The translations under genes and the position numbers were made by a program. Below are positions 10,268-20,140 of a stretch of 64,000 nt of DNA, in pieces (positions within the stretch are counted from its first letter, which is position 1; every line of letters begins with the position of its first letter). Under the pieces are notes generated by a model that saw only the letters and a list, made by a program, of their open reading frames with translations, was not told the DNA's origin and searched no databases. Source of the DNA: Pseudohongiellaceae bacterium (GTDB lineage Bacteria > Pseudomonadota > Gammaproteobacteria > Pseudomonadales > Pseudohongiellaceae). The stretch is taken from the NCBI GenBank assembly GCA_965662685.1, contig CBFIIQ010000010.1, positions 10,148 through 74,147 of the forward strand, in the 5' to 3' direction.

Positions 10268-10960
10268 TTAATTCACACTGATTCGCAAAGCGGCTGCAAT
10301 GGCCAGTGGCGATAGACAAATAGCCAGAACCAGCATTGCTCCCAGCAACGCCAGTAAACCGGTATAAGGCAGGCTATCAAGGGCCGCAGAAACCATACCG
10401 GTACCAAACACCAGCACCGGTATATAAAGCGGCAATATTAACACAGCCAGCAGTAAACCACTTCTTGAAAGCCCTACCGTCAAAGCCATGCCAATAGCGC
10501 CAAGCAGGCATAAAATAGGCGTTCCTGCCAACAATCCCAATATCAACGGCAAAATACCGGACGCGGGCATAGCCAGCATTACGGCAAAAACAGGTGCCAG
10601 GACCAGAATCGGTAAACAGGCAATCAACCAGTGGCTTAATACCTTGGCCAATAATAAAAAATACAGCGGCTGCGGGCTCATTAACAATTGTTCCAGCGAA
10701 CCATCTTCATAATCCGCGCGAAACAGGCTTTCCATGGAAAACATAATGGCCAGCAAGGTGGTTACCCAGATCACGCCTGAAGCAATACCACTGAGGAATT
10801 CAGAATCAGCACCGCCACCAAGTGGAAACAGTGTCACCGCGATAATGAAGAACATCAGCGGATTGATAACGTCACCAGGAGAGCGGAATGCCAGTAGCAA
10901 TTCACGCCTGACTGTCGCAACGATGACAGACACCAGCCCCATACGCGGATTATTCATCAT
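10268..10960 (-). CDS. ccmB: heme exporter permease CcmB
   Basis: Polytopic membrane protein with a 4-nt overlap with ccmA, in the expected operon position. Confidence 0.9.
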   Translation of the reverse strand: MMNNPRMGLVSVIVATVRRELLLAFRSPGDVINPLMFFIIAVTLFPLGGGADSEFLSGIASGVIWVTTLLAIMFSMESLFRADYEDGSLEQLLMSPQPLYFLLLAKVLSHWLIACLPILVLAPVFAVMLAMPASGILPLILGLLAGTPILCLLGAIGMALTVGLSRSGLLLAVLILPLYIPVLVFGTGMVSAALDSLPYTGLLALLGAMLVLAICLSPLAIAAALRISVN

Positions 10961-11592
10961 GAGTTGTCAGCCTCATCATTACTGCGATCAAGGTCCAGCA
11001 CTTCAACCGGGCATTGCAATTGCAAAGGATGATGGGTAGTCAGCATCAGTGCCCCCCCTTCTTTGACAAAGCTGGCCAGCATGGTTTCAAGTTCAGCAAC
11101 ACCGCGTTTGTCCAGCGCGGTAAAAGGCTCATCCAGAATCCACATTTTTGCCGCTATTAACTTCATTCGGGCCAGACTGACACGTCTTTGCTGTCCTGCT
11201 GACATCACATAACAGGGCACATCTTCATAGCCGGCAAGACCAAACGATGCCAATGCTGCGGGAATACCCCCGTCATCACTAATGCCCCTTGATGCACAAA
11301 ACCAGCGCAAATTTTCAGTCGGGCTTAAGCTCTTGTTGATTGCAGGGGCATGTCCCAGATAGAAAACAGCATCTCGGAATTCGGTTCGCACCTTCTGGAT
11401 AGGCTGATTATTCCAGAGAATTTCTCCTTCATAATCGGTATTCAGCCCACACAGGATGCGCAGCAAGGTGGTTTTGCCACTGCCATTGGAACCCTGAATC
11501 TGCATTACCTGTCCCGGCGAGAGGGAAAAATCCAGATGCTGGAACAGCACCCGGTCATCCCTTTCACAAAACAGGCCTTGGCCTTCAAGCAT
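10957..11592 (-). CDS. ccmA: heme exporter ATP-binding protein CcmA
   Basis: Walker A GSNGSGKTTLLR, ABC signature SAGQQRR and Walker B WILDEP. Confidence 0.9.
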   Translation of the reverse strand: MLEGQGLFCERDDRVLFQHLDFSLSPGQVMQIQGSNGSGKTTLLRILCGLNTDYEGEILWNNQPIQKVRTEFRDAVFYLGHAPAINKSLSPTENLRWFCASRGISDDGGIPAALASFGLAGYEDVPCYVMSAGQQRRVSLARMKLIAAKMWILDEPFTALDKRGVAELETMLASFVKEGGALMLTTHHPLQLQCPVEVLDLDRSNDEADNS

Positions 11593-11728
11593 TTCTCTTC
11601 CCCAGTTGTATCCGACTTCCCTGAACCCGGATACAGCTTTTTAAAGCCGGCGATTATACCGAAAAATCAAGGAGATAGTGCTGAATAACCGTGCAAATAA
11701 AGCGAACGGAATGTGGTCAATTTTTCTA

Positions 11729-12298
11729 TCAGGATTTTGGCGGAGTTACACCGGTCTGACCCATGTATTTACCGTTACGATCCTTGTAGGTCACTTCACA
11801 TTGTTCGTCTGATTCGTAGAACAACATTTGAGCAACCCCCTCGTTGGCATAAATTTTTGCCGGTAAGGGAGTGGTGTTGGAAAATTCAAGCGTGACATGG
11901 CCCTCCCACTCCGGTTCCAGCGGTGTGACATTAACAATGATGCCGCAGCGGGCGTAGGTTGATTTGCCAAGGCATACCGTCAACACATTGGAAGGAATAC
12001 GAAAATATTCAACGGTGCGGGCTAAAGCAAAGGAATTTGGAGGAATAATGCATGAGTCAGCTTCAATACCAACAAAGCTGTTTTCATCAAAGTTTTTCGG
12101 GTCGACCACGCTGGAGGTCAGAACATTGGTAAAAATCTTGAATTCATTGGCACAGCGGACATCATAACCATAGCTGGAAGTGCCATAGGAAATGACACGC
12201 TTGCCATTCACTTCCCTGACCTGACCTGGCTCAAAAGGTTCGAGCATTCCATGTTCCTGCGCCATGCGCCGAATCCATTTGTCAGACTTTATTGTCAT
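11729..12298 (-). CDS. dcd: dCTP deaminase
   Basis: [18 protein letters not shown]... matches the Pseudomonas-type Dcd N-terminus. AAGGA Shine-Dalgarno lies 8 nt before the ATG at 12298. Confidence 0.95.
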   Translation of the reverse strand: MTIKSDKWIRRMAQEHGMLEPFEPGQVREVNGKRVISYGTSSYGYDVRCANEFKIFTNVLTSSVVDPKNFDENSFVGIEADSCIIPPNSFALARTVEYFRIPSNVLTVCLGKSTYARCGIIVNVTPLEPEWEGHVTLEFSNTTPLPAKIYANEGVAQMLFYESDEQCEVTYKDRNGKYMGQTGVTPPKS

Positions 12299-12410
12299 GC
12301 TTATTTCCTTCCAGTAAAAAAACAGCAAATACTACTGTGTAAAGAGCCAATACTCCATGAGTAATGGTGCATAAAGAGGAAAATCATCCACTTTTAATTT
12401 GGCACAATGT

Positions 12411-12419
12411 TGCTATAAT
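12411..12419 (+). promoter_or_regulatory. candidate extended -10 promoter element (TGcTATAAT)
   Basis: Perfect TATAAT at 12414-12419 preceded by TG. The -35 is weak. If used, it gives a ~260-nt leader for the cytochrome c gene. Confidence 0.3.
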
Positions 12420-12551
12420 CGCGCCCCGTCCAAACAGCATGAGATAAATTACAAAGTAAACTTCCGGTTCTTCTCCCGCTGGTCACATGAGCAGGTCAAG
12501 CATGTGATCAGATAGCAGCAAGAACGCGTAAAACTATTAAGACCTGAAGCC

Positions 12552-12584
12552 AGTTAACTTAAATAGTTAACCTGGGTAGTTAAC
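12552..12584 (+). repeat. three direct AGTTAAC-containing repeats with 13-nt periodicity
   Basis: AGTTAAC occurs at 12552, 12565 and 12578. Further copies are at 12641 (AGTTAAC) and 12660 (AGTTAAA). Confidence 0.6.
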
Positions 12585-12686
12585 GTTAAAGGAACACCCC
12601 CAAAGCGGTGTGCGTTTCAAAAATAATTCAGCTGATGTTCAGTTAACCCGTTATTAAATAGTTAAAACTTAACCAGGAGTAACCCA

Positions 12687-13025
12687 ATGAAGTTGAAAGC
12701 AACAATCGCAATTGCTGCCCTCGTCTCCCTGTTTGCCTCCAGCGCTTTTGCTGCCGGTGATGCAGAACGCGGCAAACCCCTTTATGCTACTTGCGGCGCC
12801 TGTCATGGTGCTAACGGTGAAGGTATGCAGGCACTCAATGCACCCTCTTTGGCCGGGCAGGAAGAATGGTATGTTATTCGCCAGTTGAAAAATTTCAAGT
12901 CAGGTATCCGCGGATCTGATTCCAGAGATACATTCGGCATGCAGATGGCACCAATGGCCATGACTTTGCCAACAGACCAGGCCATTGAAGATGTAGCTGC
13001 CTACATCAACTCCCTGGAAAAATAA
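12687..13025 (+). CDS. periplasmic class I c-type cytochrome
   Basis: Signal peptide ending AFA-AG, CGACH heme motif and a Met-rich distal region. AGGAG Shine-Dalgarno upstream. Confidence 0.85.
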   Translation: MKLKATIAIAALVSLFASSAFAAGDAERGKPLYATCGACHGANGEGMQALNAPSLAGQEEWYVIRQLKNFKSGIRGSDSRDTFGMQMAPMAMTLPTDQAIEDVAAYINSLEK

Positions 13026-13038
13026 GTAATTTGTTGTG

Positions 13039-13068
13039 AAAAAAACCCGGTCTTTACCGGGTTTTTTT
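13039..13068. terminator. bidirectional intrinsic terminator
   Basis: A-run, then CCCGG-loop-CCGGG stem, then T-run. It sits between the convergent cytochrome c and recJ genes. Confidence 0.8.
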
Positions 13069-13114
13069 ATATCCTGAAATTTTCCCCAAGCTTAAAGATC
13101 TGATGCAAAGGCAA

Positions 13115-14854
13115 TCAGGCCAGCTCAAAATCCACAATGGCATCCACCATCAGTTGTGCATTACTGACACCACGAAACTCATTTACATCCAGCCGATATA
13201 CAACAGTAATGGTAGCCAGTCTGTTCTCCAGTAAAACCTGTTCGGTATTAAAGGCAATAGCATCGATCAACTGCTCGGAATCTGGCACCTGTAATGTCAG
13301 TTTCAAGTGTTTCTCACCCACTACCCGACTATTAATCACTACAAATTTTCCCTGAAACTCGGGTTCCGAAAAATGTTGCCCCCAGGGCCCTGCTTCACGC
13401 AATACACTGGCAAAATCCAGAGAGAAGCAATCCTTTTCCAGCTCACCATCAATGTATTTTTTATGCTGCAACAGGTCCTCTCCCAGCGCACTGGCTAGCA
13501 CCTTGTCAAACGCAGTAACAAAAGCCTGGAAATCCTCCTCCCTGATGGCAAGCCCAGCGGCCATGGCATGGCCACCAAAGCGTTGCAGGATGTCTGGATT
13601 TTGTGTCGCGACGACATCCAGAGCATCACGAATATGCAGACCTTCAAGGGAACGAGCTGAGCCCTTGATCATTTTCTTGCCGTCCTGCATTTCTCCGCCT
13701 TCAGCAAAAATAATGCAGGGACGGTGATATTTCTCCTTGATTCTTGAAGCCAGAATACCAATCACGCCCTGGTGCCATGTCGGGTCATACAGGCAGATGC
13801 TTAAAGCCTCATTGGTATTTATGTCCACATGTTCCAGAGCTGTCATTGCCTGAAGCTGCATATCCTGCTCAATTTGCCTGCGATCTTTATTCAGCGCATC
13901 CAGCTGATGCGCCATTTCTCTCGCTTTGGAAGGGTTATCTTCAAGCAGGCAGTCGATCCCCAGAGACATATCATCGAGCCTGCCTGCGGCATTCAGCCGC
14001 GGCCCTGCAGCAAAGCCCAGGTCACTGGCAACAACGTTTTGCGGATTTCGACCGGCGACTTCCAGCAAGGCTCTGATGCCTGGCCGCCCCCGACCATTCC
14101 TGATAATGCCCATGCCATGTTTCACCAGACGCCGGTTATTCTGATCCAGTGGCACCACATCCGCCACTGTGCCCAGAGCGACCAGATCAAGGAAACTGGC
14201 CAATTTGGGCTCAGCCTGACCTGCTTTTTCAAAATAGTTCTGCATGCGTAATTCTGCACGTAAAGCGCTCATCAGATAAAACACTACGCCGACACCCGCC
14301 AATGATTTACTGGGAAACTCACAGTCGGGTAAATTGGGATTTATGATACAACTGGCATCGGGCAAAGAAGTGCCGGGTAAATGATGGTCTGTTACAAGCA
14401 CCTCAATCCCTGCAGCCTTGGCCTGTCTAACACCATCATGACTGGCTATTCCATTGTCCACCGTGACAATCAAATCAGGATTTCTTTGCTGGGCGACACT
14501 GACTATTTCCGGAGTGAGACCATAGCCATATTCAAAACGATTAGGCACCAGGAAATCAATATTGTGATGTCCCATAGCACGCAGGCAGATCAAAAATAAA
14601 GCGCTACTCGTTGCACCATCGGCATCAAAGTCCCCTACTACCAGAATATTTTTACTTTCATTAATAGCCTCTACCAGAATATCAACAGCGCTTGCTATAT
14701 TTTTTAACAGGGATGGGGGATATAAACCGGCAAGCTCCAGACTCAGGTCACTTTCACTGACCACGCCCCTGGCAGCATAAACTTTTTTCAATACCGGATG
14801 TACAGTGTCATCAAGACCGGATATTGCACCAGCTGGTCTTTCCAGAATTTTCAT
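13115..14854 (-). CDS. recJ: single-stranded-DNA-specific exonuclease RecJ
   Basis: DHH family motifs (DFDADGATS, VTVDNG, VTDHH) and a length of 579 aa. Confidence 0.95.
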   Translation of the reverse strand: MKILERPAGAISGLDDTVHPVLKKVYAARGVVSESDLSLELAGLYPPSLLKNIASAVDILVEAINESKNILVVGDFDADGATSSALFLICLRAMGHHNIDFLVPNRFEYGYGLTPEIVSVAQQRNPDLIVTVDNGIASHDGVRQAKAAGIEVLVTDHHLPGTSLPDASCIINPNLPDCEFPSKSLAGVGVVFYLMSALRAELRMQNYFEKAGQAEPKLASFLDLVALGTVADVVPLDQNNRRLVKHGMGIIRNGRGRPGIRALLEVAGRNPQNVVASDLGFAAGPRLNAAGRLDDMSLGIDCLLEDNPSKAREMAHQLDALNKDRRQIEQDMQLQAMTALEHVDINTNEALSICLYDPTWHQGVIGILASRIKEKYHRPCIIFAEGGEMQDGKKMIKGSARSLEGLHIRDALDVVATQNPDILQRFGGHAMAAGLAIREEDFQAFVTAFDKVLASALGEDLLQHKKYIDGELEKDCFSLDFASVLREAGPWGQHFSEPEFQGKFVVINSRVVGEKHLKLTLQVPDSEQLIDAIAFNTEQVLLENRLATITVVYRLDVNEFRGVSNAQLMVDAIVDFELA

Positions 14855-15057
14855 ATTTACCCGATTATTTTCACTTGTGCGTATGTGCTTTACCTTGAAT
14901 ACGCCAAATTTCGACCCAACTTATAGTAAAGAAGTTAAACCTTTGTCCTTAAGCAAGACTGCCGGGACATTTAAGCTGCAGTTTAACGAAACAAGAATGA
15001 TGCAAGGCATTATACGGTTATGACTTGCATGCCGGGTAACGAATGCCGGATGTAAAA

Positions 15058-15086
15058 GGAACTAATTCCTGTAATTTCGGCCTAAT
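15058..15086 (+). promoter_or_regulatory. possible sigma-E (RpoE/AlgU)-type promoter
   Basis: GGAACTA-N16-CCTAAT lies about 105 nt upstream of the HtrA-family protease gene. It approximates the GGAACTT-N16-TCtaA consensus. Confidence 0.3.
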
Positions 15087-15190
15087 AGATTAATCAAACT
15101 TTAACTGAAACCTTAACCCAGCTTTCAGGTTTTTCGTCAAACGTGCAAGCAAAAAACACTTTTTGAGACTTTATACAGACAGGCCAGATC

Positions 15191-16270
15191 ATGAAAATTA
15201 AAAATGTTATCACTATTGTATTCCTTTTCCTGTGTGCTTCAGTAACATTTTTAATTCCTGCCTTGAACACCTCTGCGGCGGACTATCTCACCTTCGAAAC
15301 CGAAGATGAAGCCAACACCATAGACATCTTTAAAAGTGCCAGCCCGTCTGTGGTTTATGTCACCAATAATGCCTACCGACGCACTGGCGTTTTTTCTCTT
15401 AATGTTCAGGAAATTCCCCAAGGTACCGGAACCGGCTTCGTCTGGAATGATGATGGCCTTATCGTCACTAATTACCACGTTATTCAGGGCGCAGACCGGG
15501 TCACCATTACGCTTCAGGATCAAACCACCTGGGACGCGCAATTAATTGGCGGCTCTCCCGACAAGGATCTTGCGCTGCTGCGCATTGAGGCCCCGAAAGA
15601 AAAGCTTAACCCATTGCCTCTGGGAGACTCAGGCCAACTGGAAGTAGGCAGAAAAGTCATTGCCATCGGCAATCCCTTTGGCCTGGATACTACTCTAACC
15701 GTCGGTGTAGTCAGCGCTCTGGGCAGGGAAATTAACTCCCTCACCAGCAGAACCATCAAGGATGTTATTCAGACCGATGCTGCTATCAATCCAGGGAATT
15801 CAGGCGGCCCCTTGTTGAACTCTATGGGGCAGCTGGTAGGTGTCAATACGCAGATTTATAGCCCCAGTGGTGCCTATGCCGGAATCGGTTTTGCAATCCC
15901 GGTAAACACCGTCAAGAAAATCATTCCCCAGTTGGAGGAGTATGGTCGCGAAGTCAGGCCTGTCATCGGTGTTGATCTGTCATTATCCGATAGCTGGGCA
16001 AGACAACGTGGTATTGAAGGCGTGCCATTGGTTCGCGTTTATGAAGATATGCCTGCATCCAAAGCTGGCATGATTGGACTACAGCGTAACAGCCGTGGAG
16101 ATGTATTTCTTGGCGATGTAATCATCGGGGTTAATGGCAAGAAGATCTCCACTCAGGATGACCTGCTCAATGAAATAGAGCAGTATCAGCCGGGAGATAA
16201 AGTAAAAGTATTAACCCGTCGCAACAAGGAAAATCTCGAGTTTGAAGTCCAGCTGGCACCGCCCGGCTAG
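15191..16270 (+). CDS. periplasmic S1C (HtrA/DegP-like) serine protease with one PDZ domain
   Basis: Signal peptide, catalytic triad context TNYHV / DLALL / GNSGGPL, and a C-terminal PDZ-like region. Confidence 0.85.
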   Translation: MKIKNVITIVFLFLCASVTFLIPALNTSAADYLTFETEDEANTIDIFKSASPSVVYVTNNAYRRTGVFSLNVQEIPQGTGTGFVWNDDGLIVTNYHVIQGADRVTITLQDQTTWDAQLIGGSPDKDLALLRIEAPKEKLNPLPLGDSGQLEVGRKVIAIGNPFGLDTTLTVGVVSALGREINSLTSRTIKDVIQTDAAINPGNSGGPLLNSMGQLVGVNTQIYSPSGAYAGIGFAIPVNTVKKIIPQLEEYGREVRPVIGVDLSLSDSWARQRGIEGVPLVRVYEDMPASKAGMIGLQRNSRGDVFLGDVIIGVNGKKISTQDDLLNEIEQYQPGDKVKVLTRRNKENLEFEVQLAPPG

Positions 16271-16299
16271 GCCACTAAACCCAAAGTCTGATCAGAACT

Positions 16300-17700
16300 T
16301 TATTCAGAGACCTTAAGAGAATCCTGTATAAAACCTTTAACCGCCTCAAGACTTGAAGGCAAGATCGTGAAGCGCTCTTCCCTTTTCATCAAATCCGCAA
16401 GATGATCAGGTAAGGCTGGCGTCGCCAGTCCGGCTTTTTCGATAGCTTCAGAAAATTTTGCCGGATGGGCAGTAGCCAGACAAATCACCGGATTCCTGCT
16501 ATGTGCCCTGCATTCCCTGGCCGCTTTCACGCCAGTAGCCGTATGAGGATCCAGCAAGTAATTGTACTGATCATAGACCTCCCTGATAACTTCACAGGTT
16601 GTCTCATCATCAACGCGACAACTGTCAAATACAGCTTTTGCACGTTCCCATTCCTGTTCTGAAACCTGCTGCACATCCTGATTTAATCCGGTAACAAATG
16701 CTTCAACTCTTTGCGCATCCTGGTCAAACAGATCAAACAGATAGCGTTCAAAATTACTGGACACCATGATATCCATACTCGGAGACAGGCTGGCTTCCAG
16801 TTGTTCCAGGTTGTACTGATTCCTGCTCATAAATCGATGCAAAATATCGTTTTTATTTGTCGCAATAATGAGACGATCGATCGGCAAGCCCATTTCTTTG
16901 GCAAGATAACCGGCATAAATATCACCAAAATTACCTGTGGGCACTGAAAAAGAAACTGCTTCATGATTATCAACAAACTTAAGCGCAGCAAAATAGTAAT
17001 AGACAATTTGTGCCATGATGCGCGAGAAATTAATCGAATTCACCGCTACCAGTTGATAACCCTCGGGTAGAAAGCCCTGATCCGAGAAAGCCTTTTTGAC
17101 AATAGTCTGGCAATCATCAAAGTTTCCTTCAACCGCCAGGCTGTTTACATTGCTGCCCTGGATTGTAGTCATCTGCCTGCGCTGAACTTCAGACACGCGA
17201 TTGTGCGGATAAAGTATATACATATCCACGAATTCACAATGACGGCACCCTTCCATGGCCGCAGAACCTGTATCACCCGATGTTGCGCCCAGTATAGCCA
17301 CGTGTTTCTGTCTGCGAGCGAGAAAATAATCCAGCAACCTGCCTAACAGCTGCAGAGCGAAATCCTTGAAGGCAAGGGTCGGCCCATGAAACAGCTCCAG
17401 CACATATTCCTGCTCACCCAGTTGATGTAATGGCGCCACCTCGGGATCAGAAAATACTGCGTAAGTTTCATCAACTATTGTTTTGAGATCTTCATCAGGA
17501 ATGGAGTCCGCGGTATAAAGACGAATTATTTCAAACGCCAGCTCCGCATAGCCCAGATTTTTCCAGGACAACATGGTTTCACGATCTACTCTGGGAACTG
17601 ATTCCGGCACGAACAAACCGCCATCCGGTGCAAGACCGGTTAGCAATACTTCCTCAAATGACTGTGCAGGGGTTCTGCCCCGGGTACTGATGTATTTCAT
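16300..17700 (-). CDS. thrC: threonine synthase
   Basis: MKYISTRG N-terminus and HGPTLAFKD PLP-lysine motif. It lies downstream of hom. Confidence 0.95.
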   Translation of the reverse strand: MKYISTRGRTPAQSFEEVLLTGLAPDGGLFVPESVPRVDRETMLSWKNLGYAELAFEIIRLYTADSIPDEDLKTIVDETYAVFSDPEVAPLHQLGEQEYVLELFHGPTLAFKDFALQLLGRLLDYFLARRQKHVAILGATSGDTGSAAMEGCRHCEFVDMYILYPHNRVSEVQRRQMTTIQGSNVNSLAVEGNFDDCQTIVKKAFSDQGFLPEGYQLVAVNSINFSRIMAQIVYYYFAALKFVDNHEAVSFSVPTGNFGDIYAGYLAKEMGLPIDRLIIATNKNDILHRFMSRNQYNLEQLEASLSPSMDIMVSSNFERYLFDLFDQDAQRVEAFVTGLNQDVQQVSEQEWERAKAVFDSCRVDDETTCEVIREVYDQYNYLLDPHTATGVKAARECRAHSRNPVICLATAHPAKFSEAIEKAGLATPALPDHLADLMKREERFTILPSSLEAVKGFIQDSLKVSE

Positions 17701-17777
17701 CTCTTAAACCTGAAATAATAATTGAGCGATCAAGGCATTTACGGTTGTTTTAATCAACATTTTATACAAGTGCTTTT

Positions 17778-19103
17778 TTAATCTTCCAGTTTGTCCATGC
17801 GAATACGTGCAACTTTGCCGCCAACCGCTTCCAGTGCCTCTATTTTCTCTATGGCCTTGTCCATGATTGACTCCTGGATTTCATCAGTAAGGATGATTAC
17901 TGATAACAATTGTTGCGCATCATGATCCCTGGGTTCTTTCTGTATTACAGCCTCAATATTAATGGAGAAATCACCCAGTATTTCCGTGATATCGGCAAGC
18001 ACACCGGCCTTGTCCCGGGCCATTATTCTCAGATAATACTCACTGATAATTTCACTGATGGGCAACACAGGAATATCAGAAAGGCTGTCTTCCTGAAAAG
18101 CCAGGGCAGGAATACTGTTTTCAGGATGGGTGAGCATTCGTGCCACATCAATAACATCCGCCACAACCGCTGAAGCCGTGGGCTGGGCACCGGCACCGGC
18201 GCCATAAAAAAGAGTAGGGCCGACCGCATCACCCTGAACCATTACTGCATTCATGACGCCGTTTACATTGGCGATAAGATTGCTTTCTGAAATCAGCGTC
18301 GGATGTACTCTTAATTCAATGCCTTTCTCTGACTTTCTGGCAATGCCCAGATGTTTAATGCGATAACCTAGTTCCCCGGCATAACGAATATCTTCAATAG
18401 TGATACTACTTATTCCTTCGGTATAGGCCTTATCAAACTGCAGTGGAATACCGAAGGCAATGGAAGCCAGAATGGTCAGCTTATGTGCGGCATCAATACC
18501 TTCTACATCGAACGTTGGATCTGCTTCTGCATAACCCAGATCCTGCGCCTGCTTTAGAACAGCGGAAAACTCACTACTCTTTTCCTTCATTTCTGTAAGA
18601 ATAAAATTACCGGTGCCGTTAATTATGCCAGCAAGCCATTGAATATGATTTGCAGATAGCCCTTCCCGAAGAGCCTTGATGATCGGGATACCACCAGCCA
18701 CTGCAGCCTCATAGCCAACTATCACATTTTTCTTTTTCGCCGCTGAAAAAATTTCATTGCCATGAACTGCAATCAGCGCCTTGTTGGCCGTTACCACATG
18801 TTTGCCATTGGCAATTGCCCTTAGTACCAGTTCCCGTGCCGTTTCATATCCACCAATTAATTCGAGCACGATATCGACATCCGGATCTTCAGCCACGGCA
18901 AAGATATCAGCACTGACTTTTACATCGCCAATGTCCTGACCCTCTTTTATTCGGCGCGTAGCTATATGCGAGACAACAATTTCACAGCCTGTGCGTCTGC
19001 TTATTTCCGCGCTATTTTTTGTAAGCACAGCAAAGCTGCCATAGCCAACAGTTCCAAGTCCGCAAATACCGATGCTGATGGGTTTCAAGTTGAATACTCC
19101 CAA
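17778..19103 (-). CDS. hom: homoserine dehydrogenase
   Basis: GLGTVG Rossmann motif, central catalytic domain and C-terminal ACT domain. Confidence 0.95.
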   Translation of the reverse strand: MGVFNLKPISIGICGLGTVGYGSFAVLTKNSAEISRRTGCEIVVSHIATRRIKEGQDIGDVKVSADIFAVAEDPDVDIVLELIGGYETARELVLRAIANGKHVVTANKALIAVHGNEIFSAAKKKNVIVGYEAAVAGGIPIIKALREGLSANHIQWLAGIINGTGNFILTEMKEKSSEFSAVLKQAQDLGYAEADPTFDVEGIDAAHKLTILASIAFGIPLQFDKAYTEGISSITIEDIRYAGELGYRIKHLGIARKSEKGIELRVHPTLISESNLIANVNGVMNAVMVQGDAVGPTLFYGAGAGAQPTASAVVADVIDVARMLTHPENSIPALAFQEDSLSDIPVLPISEIISEYYLRIMARDKAGVLADITEILGDFSINIEAVIQKEPRDHDAQQLLSVIILTDEIQESIMDKAIEKIEALEAVGGKVARIRMDKLED

Positions 19104-19229
19104 AATTTTTTTATGCCTGTTCGGCGCTGGCTGAAAAAGCGCTAAGTATACGCTTCAAGACGACCTACAATCCATTGCGAACCATCAGGAATATAACCTG
19201 AGGATAACAATCAACAGCGAGTTGTTTTA

Positions 19230-20021
19230 CTAGGGCGTAGTCGGATTAAGTAGATAGCCGGCAAGTGTATCTGCTGGAATATAGCCTGGCAGTATAGTGC
19301 CATCTTCAAGCACCAATGCCGGGGTGCCTGTGACACCTACTTCGCGTCCCAATTGATAATGACTGGCAATTGGATTATCACAATCCGCTTCCGGTACATT
19401 TCCGCCGCGCGTTGCACTGGTCAACATGGCTTTCGGGTCTTCTGAACACCATGTAGAAACCATCTTGTAATGGGTTTCAGTGTCCAGCCCGGTTCGAGGA
19501 TAGCCCAGGTATCTGACAGCAATACCCAGCTCATTGAGTCTGTCGATTTCACCATGTAACTGTCTGCAATAAGGGCAGTCTACATCGGTGAAAACCGTTA
19601 TTGTGACTTTACGGTCGCTTTCAGGCTCGAAAATAATCATTTCACTTTCAGGAACTGCCGCAATTTTTGCTGCGCGAGCAATATTACGCTTTTCCTCACC
19701 CCTGTTTACCAGACCCTGAGGCATAACTTCATAGAGGTCACCTGGTATAAAAAACCGTGCATCCGCAGACGCATAAATTACCTGGGCATTCTGCAAGGTT
19801 ATTTCATAAAGACCGGCAACGGGACTGGCTGCGATTGACTCCACCAACATATTGGGCTGAGTTGCAGAGATTACACGACGAATAGAGTCTATTTCCTGCT
19901 GCCGGGATTGTTGGGCGTTTACCGGAGCCTGAAGGAAAATAAAAGCTGTGAGAAAGGTGACAATTGAATTTCGTAGGAATGGGAACTTGTTTGCTATCTT
20001 AGCCATGAATGTCACCTGCAA
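19230..20021 (-). CDS. dsbC: thiol:disulfide interchange protein DsbC
   Basis: Signal peptide, DCPYC active site and DsbC-type N-terminal dimerisation region. Confidence 0.85.
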   Translation of the reverse strand: MQVTFMAKIANKFPFLRNSIVTFLTAFIFLQAPVNAQQSRQQEIDSIRRVISATQPNMLVESIAASPVAGLYEITLQNAQVIYASADARFFIPGDLYEVMPQGLVNRGEEKRNIARAAKIAAVPESEMIIFEPESDRKVTITVFTDVDCPYCRQLHGEIDRLNELGIAVRYLGYPRTGLDTETHYKMVSTWCSEDPKAMLTSATRGGNVPEADCDNPIASHYQLGREVGVTGTPALVLEDGTILPGYIPADTLAGYLLNPTTP

Positions 20022-20103
20022 ATATTTATTGTCAGAAGATGGTCAGTTGGTCTTTATAGCCAGACCCATGCTAATAAAATTTTATTTCAAAGAGAATATC
20101 AGA

Positions 20104-20130
20104 CTGGCCGGTACCATGGGTACCGGCCAG
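20104..20130 (-). terminator. 12-bp perfect hairpin downstream of rplS
   Basis: CTGGCCGGTACC-ATG-GGTACCGGCCAG lies 11 nt after the rplS stop. The T-tract is weak. Confidence 0.6.
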
Positions 20131-20140
20131 CCGATATGAT

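Noticed and set aside
14855-15190. A 336-nt divergent region between recJ and the protease, including a 72-aa ORF (14805-15023).
   Set aside because: The ORF overlaps the recJ start, lacks a Shine-Dalgarno and has no motifs. The region is better explained as divergent promoters.
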